Virus record (IMG/VR): IMGVR_UViG_3300014205_009256
Location: 1 to 64,000 of that record
Direction: 5' to 3' (one strand)
Length of the DNA: 64,000 nt
Source of the DNA: a virus
Taxonomy: Duplodnaviria > Caudoviricetes
A model generated the notes under the pieces. It saw nothing but the letters and a program-made list of their open reading frames with translations, had not been told where the DNA came from and searched no databases. Positions 16,862-27,003 of this stretch are shown here, piece after piece (positions within the stretch are counted from its first letter, which is position 1; every line of letters begins with the position of its first letter). The position numbers were made by a program, and so were the translations under genes.

Positions 16862-17491
16862 TTACCCGGCGCTGGCGGGTTTTGTCGGAGAAGGTTGGCC
16901 GACGTACAGACCCAGCCCCTTCTCCGCGAAGAACGCCCGCAACCGCACCAGGTGGTTCTCGTAGAAAGTGGCCTGCGCCACGCCCATCGCGCGGGCGACG
17001 TGCGAGATAGGAAGGGTCTGCAGCAACTCCGCCGCCCGTCGCAGGTCCGGCGGGAGCTCTTCGAGCACGGCCTGCACGTCAAGGCGCAGGTGAGTGCGCT
17101 CCTCGGCGTTCCGCCGGTACTTGCCCGACCGGATGTCCTGATCGTCCTGGTCGACGGTGTCGAGTCGCTGGACAGGCGTCTCGCCGTCGCCGGCGGCGAT
17201 GTCCTCGTTGAGCGAGCAGTCCTCACGCCGATAGTCCCGCACGTCCGACTCGCGGTAGCGGACCAGGTTCTGGCCCTTGCGGTCGATGACGCAGGTGACG
17301 AACAGCTTGAAGCTGGACCTGCTGGAGTCGTACTTCTTCAGGCGTTCCAGCAGGTCCACGAGCATCGCCTGCCGGATGTCCTCGAAGTCGTCGGCGGTGA
17401 AGCCAGCCTTGCCGACCAGTTCCGCCGCCTTGATGTTGACCATGTCCAATGCGAAATCCTCGAAATCATGAAGAAGCTTGTTGGTGTCCAC
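16862..17491 (-). CDS. sigma-70/ECF-like protein
   Basis: Region-2-like D.EDI.Q...DL......YD..R..F; C-terminal region-4-like HTH; paralog at 54202. Confidence 0.75.
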   Translation of the reverse strand: MDTNKLLHDFEDFALDMVNIKAAELVGKAGFTADDFEDIRQAMLVDLLERLKKYDSSRSSFKLFVTCVIDRKGQNLVRYRESDVRDYRREDCSLNEDIAAGDGETPVQRLDTVDQDDQDIRSGKYRRNAEERTHLRLDVQAVLEELPPDLRRAAELLQTLPISHVARAMGVAQATFYENHLVRLRAFFAEKGLGLYVGQPSPTKPASAG

Positions 17492-17671
17492 TGGGGACCT
17501 CCCGTTGGCCGGGAGGCGTCGCGTGGATGCCGACAGAGGCTGCGATCACTTGCGCTGGAGGCGTTGCAGGATTGCCGCTTCTGCGGCACCCACAACGCCT
17601 CCACTAAGTGGCCGGTTAGTTGTCAGGTACTCGGATACGTTTCGATCACATGGATGGGCCGCCAGCCCCGA

Positions 17672-18001
17672 TCAGGCGCACACCTCCTCCAGGGTCATCC
17701 GGAACGGAAGACCGCGCTGAATCTCGATGCACGGGACCACGCCGTCGCCCAGCGCCTCCAACTGGGCCAGCAGGTCGCGGACTTGGGCCTTGAGCGCGAA
17801 GTCGGCCTTCGCCGACTCCGCACGCGGCCCGTTCTCCCCGCCGAACTTGATCTCACGGATGATGCGCGGGCGCGGATCGAGCACCGGCTGGCCGGCGCGG
17901 ACGACCAGGCCTTCGATGCGGCCGTAGTTCACCCACTGCATCAGTTCGATAAGCTTCCGCTGAGGGGGAGTCGCGCCGTCTTTCCAACCAGGAGCAACCA
18001 T
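17672..18001 (-). CDS. conserved hypothetical protein (GGENGPRAE motif)
   Basis: Paralog of 53710..54029; first gene of the replication operon. Confidence 0.75.
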   Translation of the reverse strand: MVAPGWKDGATPPQRKLIELMQWVNYGRIEGLVVRAGQPVLDPRPRIIREIKFGGENGPRAESAKADFALKAQVRDLLAQLEALGDGVVPCIEIQRGLPFRMTLEEVCA

Positions 18002-18109
18002 CGTTACTGTCCTTTCCGCGGGTTGGCAGGGGTGAGCACCACGCCCGCCCGTGCAACCGCGATGGGGGCAGTAAAAGGGATGGATTTCCGGCGCAACGAT
18101 CGCGCAACG

Positions 18110-18145
18110 AAAAAAGCGGCTCAGAAATGCTCGTTCTGAGCCGCT
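18110..18145 (-). terminator. rho-independent terminator
   Basis: Perfect 12-bp IR agcggctcagaa (18115-18126) / ttctgagccgct (18134-18145) followed by a T run on the minus strand. Confidence 0.75.
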
Positions 18146-18195
18146 GTCGCGGGGAAACACGCTGAAAATTCTTCAGAAACCCGTGTGGCGCAACT

Positions 18196-20385
18196 TCAAA
18201 CTTTCACGTTGCGCTGCTTTGGGGTGCGGATTTCGGTCGTGATCGCATCCATGATCTGGAGCACCTCGTCGTTGGCCAGCCCCTTGGCCTTGGTGATCCA
18301 CGCCTTGTAGCTGTCCACCTTCACGCGACACGCCCGTCCAGACTCGCCGTTAGACTCGATTTCACCGGCCTGCACAGCTCTGGAAATCGTGCCCTTGTCT
18401 GGTGATTCCTCTTTGCCCAGGACACGCTGTGTGGCACGCAGGACTTGCGCCTGCGTGGCCCAGGCAAATGCATCGCCAACTGGCCGCTCGACTACGGTGA
18501 CCGGCACGCGTACCTGTCGTTCCATCCCGTACTTGACGAACCGCACATCCAGCGTGGCGGGAGCCCCGGGCACGGAGAAGGGAGCGCTCGTGCCGGGGCA
18601 CAGATCGACTTGGCCCGAGGCCTCCGATGCGTCAAACAGGGTTCCCGAGGGGGCAGCGCACAGGCCGCGCGCGATCCCAATGCCCTCGTTGCGGATCGTC
18701 ACCGTACCATTCTCACGAGTCGCCACCAGGTACGGCCACAGAGGCAGCCCGAACTGCTTGAGCATCGCATCGTCCAACGCGGCAGCGTCGGCCACGGTTG
18801 ATTTGAGCACCTTGCCTCCATCCCCGACCGAGGAGGGCACTCGTCCCTCGGTTAGGAGCCGCAACGCCGCAGGCATGCCGGTAAGATTCGACGGCAAGGT
18901 CTTCGCGGCCGCCATGCACCAGTTGAGTTTGCCAAGAAGTTCATCGCACGAACCCTTTGTGGCCTTCAAGCGTTCGTGTAGGACGCCCACTAATTTCCAC
19001 AGGATGGCGGCGAAGCAGTCCGGCGACAAATCCTTCGGCTTCCAGCGGAGGCTATAGACCCTCACCTCATCACCGCCGGGATCGACGTCCCATGACTCAA
19101 GTTCATGGTCGATGGCCCAGGCAAGAATCGCCGTTTCAGCGCACGGCCGGCTCGGGGCATCGATGAGCTGCACCCGCTCCACCAGCGCCTCTGCCACAAC
19201 GCCCCCGAGTTGCAGTGTCTGCGCGTCGGCCCGACAAGCGTCAAGGAGCGCCGCCGATTCCCTGGGGCTGCGGGCGATCAGTTCGCCAACCCGCATCTTG
19301 ACATCGTCGGTAATGCCCACTGTGGGAAGAAGCTGGTTCAGGGCGCGCAGGTGCGGCTGCCACTTGTTCCACGGCTCGCCCAGGTTAAGCGCGTCGAAGA
19401 ATTGCTGGCGCGCCGCAGTGCTGAGCATCACGTCGCGGAACGGCGTCAAATCAACGTTGTCGGGGAACAAACCCAAATCGACATCCAGTTCATCCAGAGA
19501 GCGCGGCGTATGGGTGTAGTAGTCCGCGTCCAGAATCGCGCCCTCGGCCGTGTCCACCAACCGGTAGAACACGCGGGCTTGTTCCTCCGCCGTTTTGGGC
19601 TCGGTTTTGTAACTGATCTTGGGAAACCGCAGCCGCAGCGATCCGCTCAACCCGCGGATGAAGAACCGCACCTGGATGGGGTAGTTCAGGCAGCCGTCCC
19701 GCACCTCGATGTCCGAGTCAAAGGACTCGATCCGCGCCTCCGGATCAACCTGAATCTCGCGTAGGCGATCCGCCTGCGGGTCGATGTACTGGCGGCTCTG
19801 GAAAAGCGCGTGGTCGATGCTCCGGTATTCCTGCCCCGAGGGATCGGCGAAACGCAGCATGTACAGCCGATCGACGAAGCGGTCGAAGCACAGCTTGCGG
19901 AGCTTGGCCAGATCGAACTCGCGCTTGGTCACGGCGTCTTTGGGAACATGCAGAAACGCTGCGTTGAAGTCGTTGAGCCGCTCATCCGTGATCCGCCGCC
20001 CGCCTCCGGTCGCCTTGAACCGCAGCAGTCCGTTCTCATCCCGCGCATAATGAACGCTGACCGTATCAACGATCACGTCCTGCCAGGCGAACCACAAGGG
20101 CCGGCGATTGTCGTAGTCATATGCCCGAACCGACAACTCATCCTGTAGCCCCAGCACCACGTGCAAGGCATCGGTCGCGGTCGACTTTGTCCAGGCGAAG
20201 ACGCCGAAGCGTATCTGCGGCGTCAGCCACGCAGATTCCAGGCCCGCGCGAAGCGCGGGGTAATCGAATGGGACGTTCGTCTGGTACGACTGGATGGTGA
20301 TTTCACGCTGGTCGAGGATGCCGTCGGCGCGCGGCGGAGTTGCCAGGTGCTGAATGTGGTCCCGAGGTTCGTATGAAGCCGCCAT
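18196..20385 (-). CDS. 729-aa protein: unknown N-terminal region plus C-terminal wHTH-like domain (C1)
   Basis: Last ~85 aa homologous to the C-terminus of 20499..21467. Confidence 0.8.
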   Translation of the reverse strand: MAASYEPRDHIQHLATPPRADGILDQREITIQSYQTNVPFDYPALRAGLESAWLTPQIRFGVFAWTKSTATDALHVVLGLQDELSVRAYDYDNRRPLWFAWQDVIVDTVSVHYARDENGLLRFKATGGGRRITDERLNDFNAAFLHVPKDAVTKREFDLAKLRKLCFDRFVDRLYMLRFADPSGQEYRSIDHALFQSRQYIDPQADRLREIQVDPEARIESFDSDIEVRDGCLNYPIQVRFFIRGLSGSLRLRFPKISYKTEPKTAEEQARVFYRLVDTAEGAILDADYYTHTPRSLDELDVDLGLFPDNVDLTPFRDVMLSTAARQQFFDALNLGEPWNKWQPHLRALNQLLPTVGITDDVKMRVGELIARSPRESAALLDACRADAQTLQLGGVVAEALVERVQLIDAPSRPCAETAILAWAIDHELESWDVDPGGDEVRVYSLRWKPKDLSPDCFAAILWKLVGVLHERLKATKGSCDELLGKLNWCMAAAKTLPSNLTGMPAALRLLTEGRVPSSVGDGGKVLKSTVADAAALDDAMLKQFGLPLWPYLVATRENGTVTIRNEGIGIARGLCAAPSGTLFDASEASGQVDLCPGTSAPFSVPGAPATLDVRFVKYGMERQVRVPVTVVERPVGDAFAWATQAQVLRATQRVLGKEESPDKGTISRAVQAGEIESNGESGRACRVKVDSYKAWITKAKGLANDEVLQIMDAITTEIRTPKQRNVKV

Positions 20386-20498
20386 CCGCGTTCCTCACTC
20401 AAGGTATTCGATCCGGTCGCCACGCCGTCGGCAACAGCTCGCCGCTCCCGGCACCCGACAATGGCCCGGCTCGAACCTTGCGTCTGGGGTACGCAGGA

Positions 20499-21467
20499 TC
20501 AGCAGCGGTTCGATATTTCGCCGATGACAGCGTTGCGTACCTGGTCGAGTTCGTCCTTGGCCAGTTCACGGCTCTTACCGAGCCAGGCAATAAAGCTCTT
20601 AGTATCCACCATGCTCGCCCGGCCGGATTTCTGGTTCGTGGCAATCTCTCCGTTGCGGCACGCCCGCGAAAGGACACCGGCGTTCAGGCCGGAGTCCTGG
20701 CCGAGCACCTGGTTCGTGGCCCTGACCAACTCAATCTGCCGCGCCCAAGCGTAACGATCCTCACTCGGCGCGCGAGTGGGGGTGCCTACGGGTTGAGCCT
20801 GCAGCATTACAGCCGTTTGGCACTGCGACGGTGGTGAATGGAGTAGCGCGACATTTGATCCGGTCTCAACCAGGGCCGACATGGGCGTGGGAGCGGGCAC
20901 TTCGACGCTGGTTGCTGGCGCGCTCGCCTGCGTTGATCCCTCGTTCTTCCGCCAAGGGTAGGTTGGTGCCTGCGGCGGCGTGGCGGCAGCTTGCCGCGCG
21001 CGGACCAGGCCGTAGGGTGTGGCCGAGACGGCCGTCCGCATTCCCGATCCGCTCGGCATCCCCGGCGTCCAGCCGTCATAATCCTTTTTCTCGATGAGCC
21101 CGAGTGAGGCGGCTTCGGAGACGGCCGCCATCGCTTCGAAGTTCACCCGCTGCACGTCCCACGTGGTGTGGCACAAACCGATCATCTGGGTCATCAGCAG
21201 TTCGATACGATCCACATCCACCCATCGTCGGGATTGAAGGCGCGGTCCGCCGAATCCGAAGGGAAGATGCGTGGGATTAAAGCGCGATATCTGCCCCAGC
21301 GCCGCGGTCAGCATGGTCACCGCGTGCGGCATCTCACCCCCGTGTCGGCCGGCCTTCCCACGTCGGGTCAGCTCGTACGCGCACGCCAGATCGTTCAGAA
21401 TCTCCGGCGTGACCTGCGGGTCATCCGTGTCGATGCGGCAAGCCTCCAAGAAGAGTTCAACGGACAT
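20499..21467 (-). CDS. 322-aa protein: N1 domain, linker, C1 wHTH-like domain
   Basis: N-terminal ~160 aa homologous to the N-terminus of 48329..51172; C-terminus homologous to 18196..20385. Confidence 0.8.
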   Translation of the reverse strand: MSVELFLEACRIDTDDPQVTPEILNDLACAYELTRRGKAGRHGGEMPHAVTMLTAALGQISRFNPTHLPFGFGGPRLQSRRWVDVDRIELLMTQMIGLCHTTWDVQRVNFEAMAAVSEAASLGLIEKKDYDGWTPGMPSGSGMRTAVSATPYGLVRARQAAATPPQAPTYPWRKNEGSTQASAPATSVEVPAPTPMSALVETGSNVALLHSPPSQCQTAVMLQAQPVGTPTRAPSEDRYAWARQIELVRATNQVLGQDSGLNAGVLSRACRNGEIATNQKSGRASMVDTKSFIAWLGKSRELAKDELDQVRNAVIGEISNRC

Positions 21468-21568
21468 TCACAGCACCTCGTTCCCAACTCACCACTGCAA
21501 ATCTTCCAGATCGGTGCCTTCGCTCAACGCAGGCACCGTGGGCCGATGCGCGCGCGGATCGGCCCAGG

Positions 21569-22330
21569 TCAAAACAGCATTTGGGACCGTTGCCGCAGCA
21601 GTAGCCCGGTCTCCTCAAGACGGATGCGCATCGCCTCCGCCGACACCTCAAATGTGGCGGCCAGCGGCCGCACGAACATCTCCATCAGGGCGCTGGCGGC
21701 GGTGAACTGGTCGGCCCGGCCTGCATCGCTCCGCTGGTTAATCTCGCTGCGCACGGTTTCCTCGCCGTATTCCTCCCACAGATCCTCCAGGCACACCGGC
21801 TCCAGGCTGCCGCGCCAGGCCTGCCAGCCGGCGCGAAGCAGGTCGGCGGGCATGAGCAGGTGCGCGGCGAAGTAGTCGGCCTGCCATTCCACGGGCTTCT
21901 TGGCCTCCGTGGACCGGCACACATACACCGGCTTGCCATCGGCACCAAACAGCTTCGACTGGTCGGGATTCTCTAGGAAGTATGCCCGGTGCAGCCGCCA
22001 GTGCCCCGTCTCGTGGGCCAGCGTGTACCGATAGCGCCCCAGCATCCGGGGGTGGGCGGTGGGATCGAGACTCGAATCCACGCGAACGGTCTTGTCGTTA
22101 ATCCAGAGCGCGCCCAGCACATCGCCGATCCCGAAGCGTTTCTTGAGGTCGTCGATCTCGAAGATGAGCTTGAGATGACACTCGAGAATGTCATCGACGG
22201 GCACCGGGGGGGCCGTCACCGCCTTGAAGCGCTCGCCGTACTCCGCCAACAGCAGCGCCGCCTCGTCCTGGAGCTGCTCCTTGGTGCGGTAAGGCACATC
22301 GCTTCGCGGGATTGCCGATCGCCGGGCCAT
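21569..22330 (-). CDS. ImmA/IrrE-family metallopeptidase
   Basis: R.RYTLAHETGH (HExxH), VEWQADYFAAHLLMP, FEVS..A..IRL. Confidence 0.92.
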   Translation of the reverse strand: MARRSAIPRSDVPYRTKEQLQDEAALLLAEYGERFKAVTAPPVPVDDILECHLKLIFEIDDLKKRFGIGDVLGALWINDKTVRVDSSLDPTAHPRMLGRYRYTLAHETGHWRLHRAYFLENPDQSKLFGADGKPVYVCRSTEAKKPVEWQADYFAAHLLMPADLLRAGWQAWRGSLEPVCLEDLWEEYGEETVRSEINQRSDAGRADQFTAASALMEMFVRPLAATFEVSAEAMRIRLEETGLLLRQRSQMLF

Positions 22331-22334
22331 CGCT

Positions 22335-22694
22335 TCAACCTTCCTTCTCCTTGAGCTTCCTGGCCTTGTCCACCAGTTGCCGCAACTGCTCGGCCGTGAG
22401 ACCGCTGGCCTCACGCAGCAGCTCTGGCATCTGCGTGGGCTGTTTCTGGATGATCTTCGGCAGGTCCTCGGGCACGCGGCCCGCCAGCGCGATCAGTTCA
22501 TCCGCATTCTCGCCGAGAATCTCGGCCATCTTCTTGACCCGCTCTGCGGTCGGCGGGTCGATGTTGCCTTGCTCGACCTGCGAAAGGTAGGTCGGGCTCA
22601 CGCCCACCTGGTCCGCGAACTTCCGCAGGCTGATCCCCTTGGCCATGCGCTTTTCCCGCAGCACGTCGCCGAAGGGTTTCTGTTTGCCGCTCAT
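22335..22694 (-). CDS. XRE-family HTH regulator (ImmR/CapH-like)
   Basis: FGDVLREKR..KGISLRKFA..VGVSPTYLSQVE; adjacent to the ImmA-like gene. Confidence 0.92.
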   Translation of the reverse strand: MSGKQKPFGDVLREKRMAKGISLRKFADQVGVSPTYLSQVEQGNIDPPTAERVKKMAEILGENADELIALAGRVPEDLPKIIQKQPTQMPELLREASGLTAEQLRQLVDKARKLKEKEG

Positions 22695-22734
22695 GATCCG
22701 TGCCTCTTCTTCTTTCCGTGACGGCCAATGAGTG

Positions 22735-22774
22735 TACGCTGTTTACTTTACACGCACACTGCTGAGCTTGTCAA
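22735..22774 (-). promoter_or_regulatory. XRE promoter with operator-like 13-mer
   Basis: TTGACA (22774-22769)-N18-TAAAGT (22750-22745); 13-mer tacgctgtttact at 22735-22747 is identical to 32515-32527. Confidence 0.65.
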
Positions 22775-22803
22775 CATCGCATCGCTGTTCCGCCGCACCG
22801 GCC

Positions 22804-25692
22804 TCAGTAGTACTCCCGGATGTAGGCATACGCCCGGTCGAACAACTCCTGATCCTGGTGGAGCTTGTACTTGAGGAGCGTTTTTCGCAGCGCCTGCTTC
22901 ACTTCACGCTCCCCGGCACTCGTGGCCTGCCAACCGTCAAACCGCACCACGCGAACGATCTCGTCGATGTCGGCGACGATCCGCTCGACCATCACTGGCG
23001 TGTTGGCGTTCTTCGCCTCGCTGAACAGGTCGGTCAGTGCCGCCTTCGCGCGATCCTGGTCTTCCTCGGGGGTAACCGTCTTCTCGGCCGCGATCACATC
23101 CTTGGCCAGTTCGAGCAACTGCTTTAGGAACTCCTTGCTGTTGAGCAGGCCCTGTTCGTGGCGCTCACGCAGTCGCTCCAGCCGCTCGCCCAGGGCCACG
23201 AATTTCGGGTCACCTTTGTGCTTGCGGAGCCGCGCCACGATCTTGATCTCGACCTCCTTGGTCTTGGTGGGGTCCTTTGACGCGACCAATCCCTCGAGCA
23301 CCTCCGCATCCATCACCAGCGTTTCCAGATCGTCGCGCACGGACTCCATGTGGACGTTCTCGTGGATCAACTCGATGGTCTTGGCCCCGAGAGCATGCCA
23401 CAGCAGCTTGCCATTGCCGCTGGGCGGCTTGACCGACTCGTACACCTGCGTCAGCCAGCGGAAGTCGGTCGTATACGGCTTGAGGCACACATCGGGCGAC
23501 AGCGCCTCCCACAGCCGCGCCACGACCGAGTAGTCCGCGGCAAAGGCGTCGCGTGTCTCGTTGTTGGGCAAGCAATCCTGCGCCGCGATCAGGCCCTCGT
23601 ATCCCCCCAGCGCCCGATCCACGCCGGGGAAATACGCCAGGCACTTGGCCACGGCGTCGGGCAACTGCTTCTTCAGTTCGTCCAGGTTCGTGATGACCTG
23701 GAGCACGGCCTTCTCATCGAAGTCCAGCGCCTTGGCGACATCATCGAAGATGCCCAGGTAGTCCACGATCAAGCCATGCGTCTTGTTCGGGAACGGACGG
23801 TTCGTCCGGCAGATCGCCTGGAGCAGATTGTGGTCCCGCATGGGCTTGTCCAGGTACATCACCTGGAGGATCGGCGCATCGAAGCCGGTCAGCAGACGCG
23901 ACGTGACGATCAGGAACTTCAGCGGATCGGCCGGGTCGCGGAAACGGTCCAGCAGCTTCTCCTCCGCATCCCTGCTCAACTCCGGCAGACCGAAGTCGCC
24001 AGGCTGGTTCATCACGACGGCGCTGGCCTCCGGGCCGATCAACTCATCCATCACCTTCTTGTAGAGCACGCAGCATTCACGGTCGAACGTCACCACCTGG
24101 GCCTTGAACCCGTTGGGCTCCACCTTCTCCTTGTAGTGCCGCACGACATGCTCGACGATGGCCCGCACCCGCTCCGGGGCCTTTACCAGCACAGCCATCT
24201 TCGCGGCGCGCTTGGCCAGATCATCACGGTCCTGTTCGCTCAAATTGCCGGTGATCTTGCTGTACGCCTCGTCGATGGCGGCCTGGTCGATCTTGAGCTT
24301 GGGCTCCACCGCTTCAAAATGCAGCGGCAACGTCGCCTTGTCCCGGATGGAGTCCTGGAACGAGTACCGGCTAAGGTAGCCCTTGGCATCTTCGGGCGCT
24401 CCGAACGCCCAGAACGTGTTGCGGTCCCGCGTGTTGATCGGCGTGCCCGTCAGCCCGAACAGGAACGCCCGGGGCAGCGCATCGCGCATTCGCCGCCCCA
24501 GGTCGCCTTCCTGGGTGCGGTGCGCCTCGTCCACCAGCGCGATGATGTTGGGGCGGTCGTTGAGTACACCGTCGGCCTCGCCGAACTTGTGGATCGTCGT
24601 GATGATGACCTTGCGCACGTCCTGCTGGAGCAGTTGCTGGAGTTCGCCGCGCGTCGAAGCGCCCACCAGGTTGGCGATGTCGGCGGCGTTGAACGTGGCG
24701 GTGATCTGCGTGTCCAGGTCAATCCGGTCCACGACGATGACCACTGTCGGGTTGCCCAACTGCGGGTGCATCCGCAGCTTCTGCGCTGCAAAGACCATCA
24801 GCAACGACTTGCCGCTGCCTTGGAAGTGCCAGATCAGCCCTTTGCGCGTCGTGCCCTTCACCACGCGTTCCACGATCAGGTTCGCGCCTTCGTACTGCTG
24901 ATACCGGCAGATCACCTTGTTCCGCCGCTGCTTCTTGTCCGTGGCGAACACCGTGAAATTCTGCAGGAGGTCGAGCACCACGGCCGGCCGCAGCATGGAC
25001 TCAACCGACTTACGGACATCGGCCAGCGCGCCCTCGCCGTCGCCGCTCTGCTGACGCCACGGCCCCCACATCTCGATCGGCATGCGGATGGAGCCGTAGC
25101 GATAGACCTTGCCCTCCGTGGCAAAGGAGAAGACATTCGGCACGAACATCGCCGGTACGGACTGCTCGTAGTTGTCATGCACGTCGGCGGCACCATCTAC
25201 CCACGTCACAGCCGGGCGCACCGGCGTCTTGGCCTCGCCGATGACCAGCGGGAACCCGTTCACAATCAAGACCACATCGAACCGTTTCTCAACCTGGCCG
25301 ACCTGGTAGGTCCACTGGTTGGTGACGATGAACCGGTTGTTGGCGGGGTTGTCGAAATCGATCAGGCGAATCGGCGTGTGCTCATTGTTCGCCCCGAACG
25401 GCATCGTCTTCTCGTTCCGCAGCCACGCGGCAAGAGTCTCATTGGCCCGCACCAGGCCGTCCGTCTGCACGGCCAGGGGCATGGCGCGGAGCCGGTAGAG
25501 GACTTCATCGGCGCGGTCGGGCTGCTGCGCGATCTCCGGATTGAGGCGGATCAGCGCATCACGCACCATCGACTCAACAAACACCTCTCCCGGCTGCCGG
25601 GGTAGCGAGGCCGAAACGGCATACTGCCAACCGTGGCCTTTGCAGGCATCAATCACCATCTGCTCTACGGCGTTAGATTCATTGAAACTCAT
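22804..25692 (-). CDS. hsdR: type I restriction enzyme R subunit
   Basis: D..L.VNG.PL...EAK nuclease motif, QGSGKS, DEAH, LTGFD. Confidence 0.95.
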   Translation of the reverse strand: MSFNESNAVEQMVIDACKGHGWQYAVSASLPRQPGEVFVESMVRDALIRLNPEIAQQPDRADEVLYRLRAMPLAVQTDGLVRANETLAAWLRNEKTMPFGANNEHTPIRLIDFDNPANNRFIVTNQWTYQVGQVEKRFDVVLIVNGFPLVIGEAKTPVRPAVTWVDGAADVHDNYEQSVPAMFVPNVFSFATEGKVYRYGSIRMPIEMWGPWRQQSGDGEGALADVRKSVESMLRPAVVLDLLQNFTVFATDKKQRRNKVICRYQQYEGANLIVERVVKGTTRKGLIWHFQGSGKSLLMVFAAQKLRMHPQLGNPTVVIVVDRIDLDTQITATFNAADIANLVGASTRGELQQLLQQDVRKVIITTIHKFGEADGVLNDRPNIIALVDEAHRTQEGDLGRRMRDALPRAFLFGLTGTPINTRDRNTFWAFGAPEDAKGYLSRYSFQDSIRDKATLPLHFEAVEPKLKIDQAAIDEAYSKITGNLSEQDRDDLAKRAAKMAVLVKAPERVRAIVEHVVRHYKEKVEPNGFKAQVVTFDRECCVLYKKVMDELIGPEASAVVMNQPGDFGLPELSRDAEEKLLDRFRDPADPLKFLIVTSRLLTGFDAPILQVMYLDKPMRDHNLLQAICRTNRPFPNKTHGLIVDYLGIFDDVAKALDFDEKAVLQVITNLDELKKQLPDAVAKCLAYFPGVDRALGGYEGLIAAQDCLPNNETRDAFAADYSVVARLWEALSPDVCLKPYTTDFRWLTQVYESVKPPSGNGKLLWHALGAKTIELIHENVHMESVRDDLETLVMDAEVLEGLVASKDPTKTKEVEIKIVARLRKHKGDPKFVALGERLERLRERHEQGLLNSKEFLKQLLELAKDVIAAEKTVTPEEDQDRAKAALTDLFSEAKNANTPVMVERIVADIDEIVRVVRFDGWQATSAGEREVKQALRKTLLKYKLHQDQELFDRAYAYIREYY

Positions 25693-25695
25693 GGA

Positions 25696-26958
25696 TCAGC
25701 TCCTACGCATCGATGTACCCGCCAGACACTGTTCCCGAAGCGTCCGCCGCATCCGGTCGGCACATTCTCTATGCGCCATGGTTCGGTTCTGACCTGCCGT
25801 GATGTCGTTGACCATGCGCACGAATCTGGTTTGCTCGTCTTTTGGGGGAATTGGCATGTACAGGCGAGCGAAACGGTCTGCCCCAAGATGGGCAATTGAG
25901 GTGGTCTGACTCGCGACGGCCGCGAACACCCCCGCGTAGAACGCGTGTCGCAGGTAAGCAAACGCGAAGTCTTCGAGCAACCGAGGACCTGCTCGGAACC
26001 TAACCAGCGTGTTCTGAAAGCAGCAATCCCTTATCTCTCCGTTGAACACCGCGCAGCGTCCGACGAGTTCCCGACTTTGGCCTTCATTCAGAAGGATGTC
26101 ACCCGGCTTCAGCGCGAACGTCTTAAAATCGCCGTCATCAAAATCCATCTCGAGCACATCAGTCAGGTCGAGATACCCGTCGAACACATTCGCTACCCGA
26201 AGGTATGGCTTGGTGTGCGATCCCGACTGGTACTTTGGTGCGCGTTGTCGCCCCAATTGGACCTCACCAGCGTCACCGATCCGAACGACATCCCATTCAA
26301 CAGGCACCGGCCCCAGCGGCGAGGTCTTGGTACGCCCTGGAGCAGCCGCGTGAACAAAGCAAGAACGGAGGATTGTTCGTCGCGCTGTATCCGCCTGTGC
26401 GACGGCGGCATCGATACGCTCTGCCACCTCTGTCGCGGCCCATAGAATTTCAGCAATGCGGCACTGCTGATCCTTTGGCGGCAGTGGAAACTCCTGTCGG
26501 CGCAGCACGCTCCAGTTGATGGTCGGAGACAGTGAACCGACCGAGATCGACAACGCCCGGTCCATGAACATGCTGCTTTGCATCAGGAACGGCAGGAAGT
26601 CCTTGTCGATAACGTCTTCGCGCGCACGGATGACCATCGCGTGCGCCGAGCAGATGCCGTCGAATTCGGCGACAGCGACCTTTCGCTGATAGACGCGACG
26701 GCGTCCAAAGATGATGTCGCCGGTCCTGAACCGGAGCTTCGTGGCCTCGACATCGTCTGGCGTGCCCCAGCGCCGTATTTTCAGAGACTCGGTGTCGAGA
26801 TGTTCCAAGCCGACGTAGTACTCAGTGTCCGCATCGCCTGGTTCGACGCGCTCGCCGATCGACTCAGCGATCTCGTCGAACCTCGCCATGCGCCAGCCGG
26901 CAGGAAGCGCGGCGGTCACGGGTGCGTTCGTCGGGGATGTTGGTTTCGCGGTCTTCAC
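25696..26958 (-). CDS. hsdS: type I RM specificity subunit
   Basis: Two TRDs separated by conserved LPP..QQ.RI / IPP..EQ.RF helices. Confidence 0.92.
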   Translation of the reverse strand: MKTAKPTSPTNAPVTAALPAGWRMARFDEIAESIGERVEPGDADTEYYVGLEHLDTESLKIRRWGTPDDVEATKLRFRTGDIIFGRRRVYQRKVAVAEFDGICSAHAMVIRAREDVIDKDFLPFLMQSSMFMDRALSISVGSLSPTINWSVLRRQEFPLPPKDQQCRIAEILWAATEVAERIDAAVAQADTARRTILRSCFVHAAAPGRTKTSPLGPVPVEWDVVRIGDAGEVQLGRQRAPKYQSGSHTKPYLRVANVFDGYLDLTDVLEMDFDDGDFKTFALKPGDILLNEGQSRELVGRCAVFNGEIRDCCFQNTLVRFRAGPRLLEDFAFAYLRHAFYAGVFAAVASQTTSIAHLGADRFARLYMPIPPKDEQTRFVRMVNDITAGQNRTMAHRECADRMRRTLREQCLAGTSMRRS

Positions 26959-27003
26959 AATGCGGTTCCTGCTTTTGCGTGGATCACGACGGTCTGTTGC
27001 GTG

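Noticed and set aside
15593-18139. 848-aa plus-strand ORF
   Set aside because: Shadow of the exonuclease, sigma-like and GGENGPRAE genes.
23350-25605. 751-aa plus-strand ORF
   Set aside because: Shadow of hsdR.
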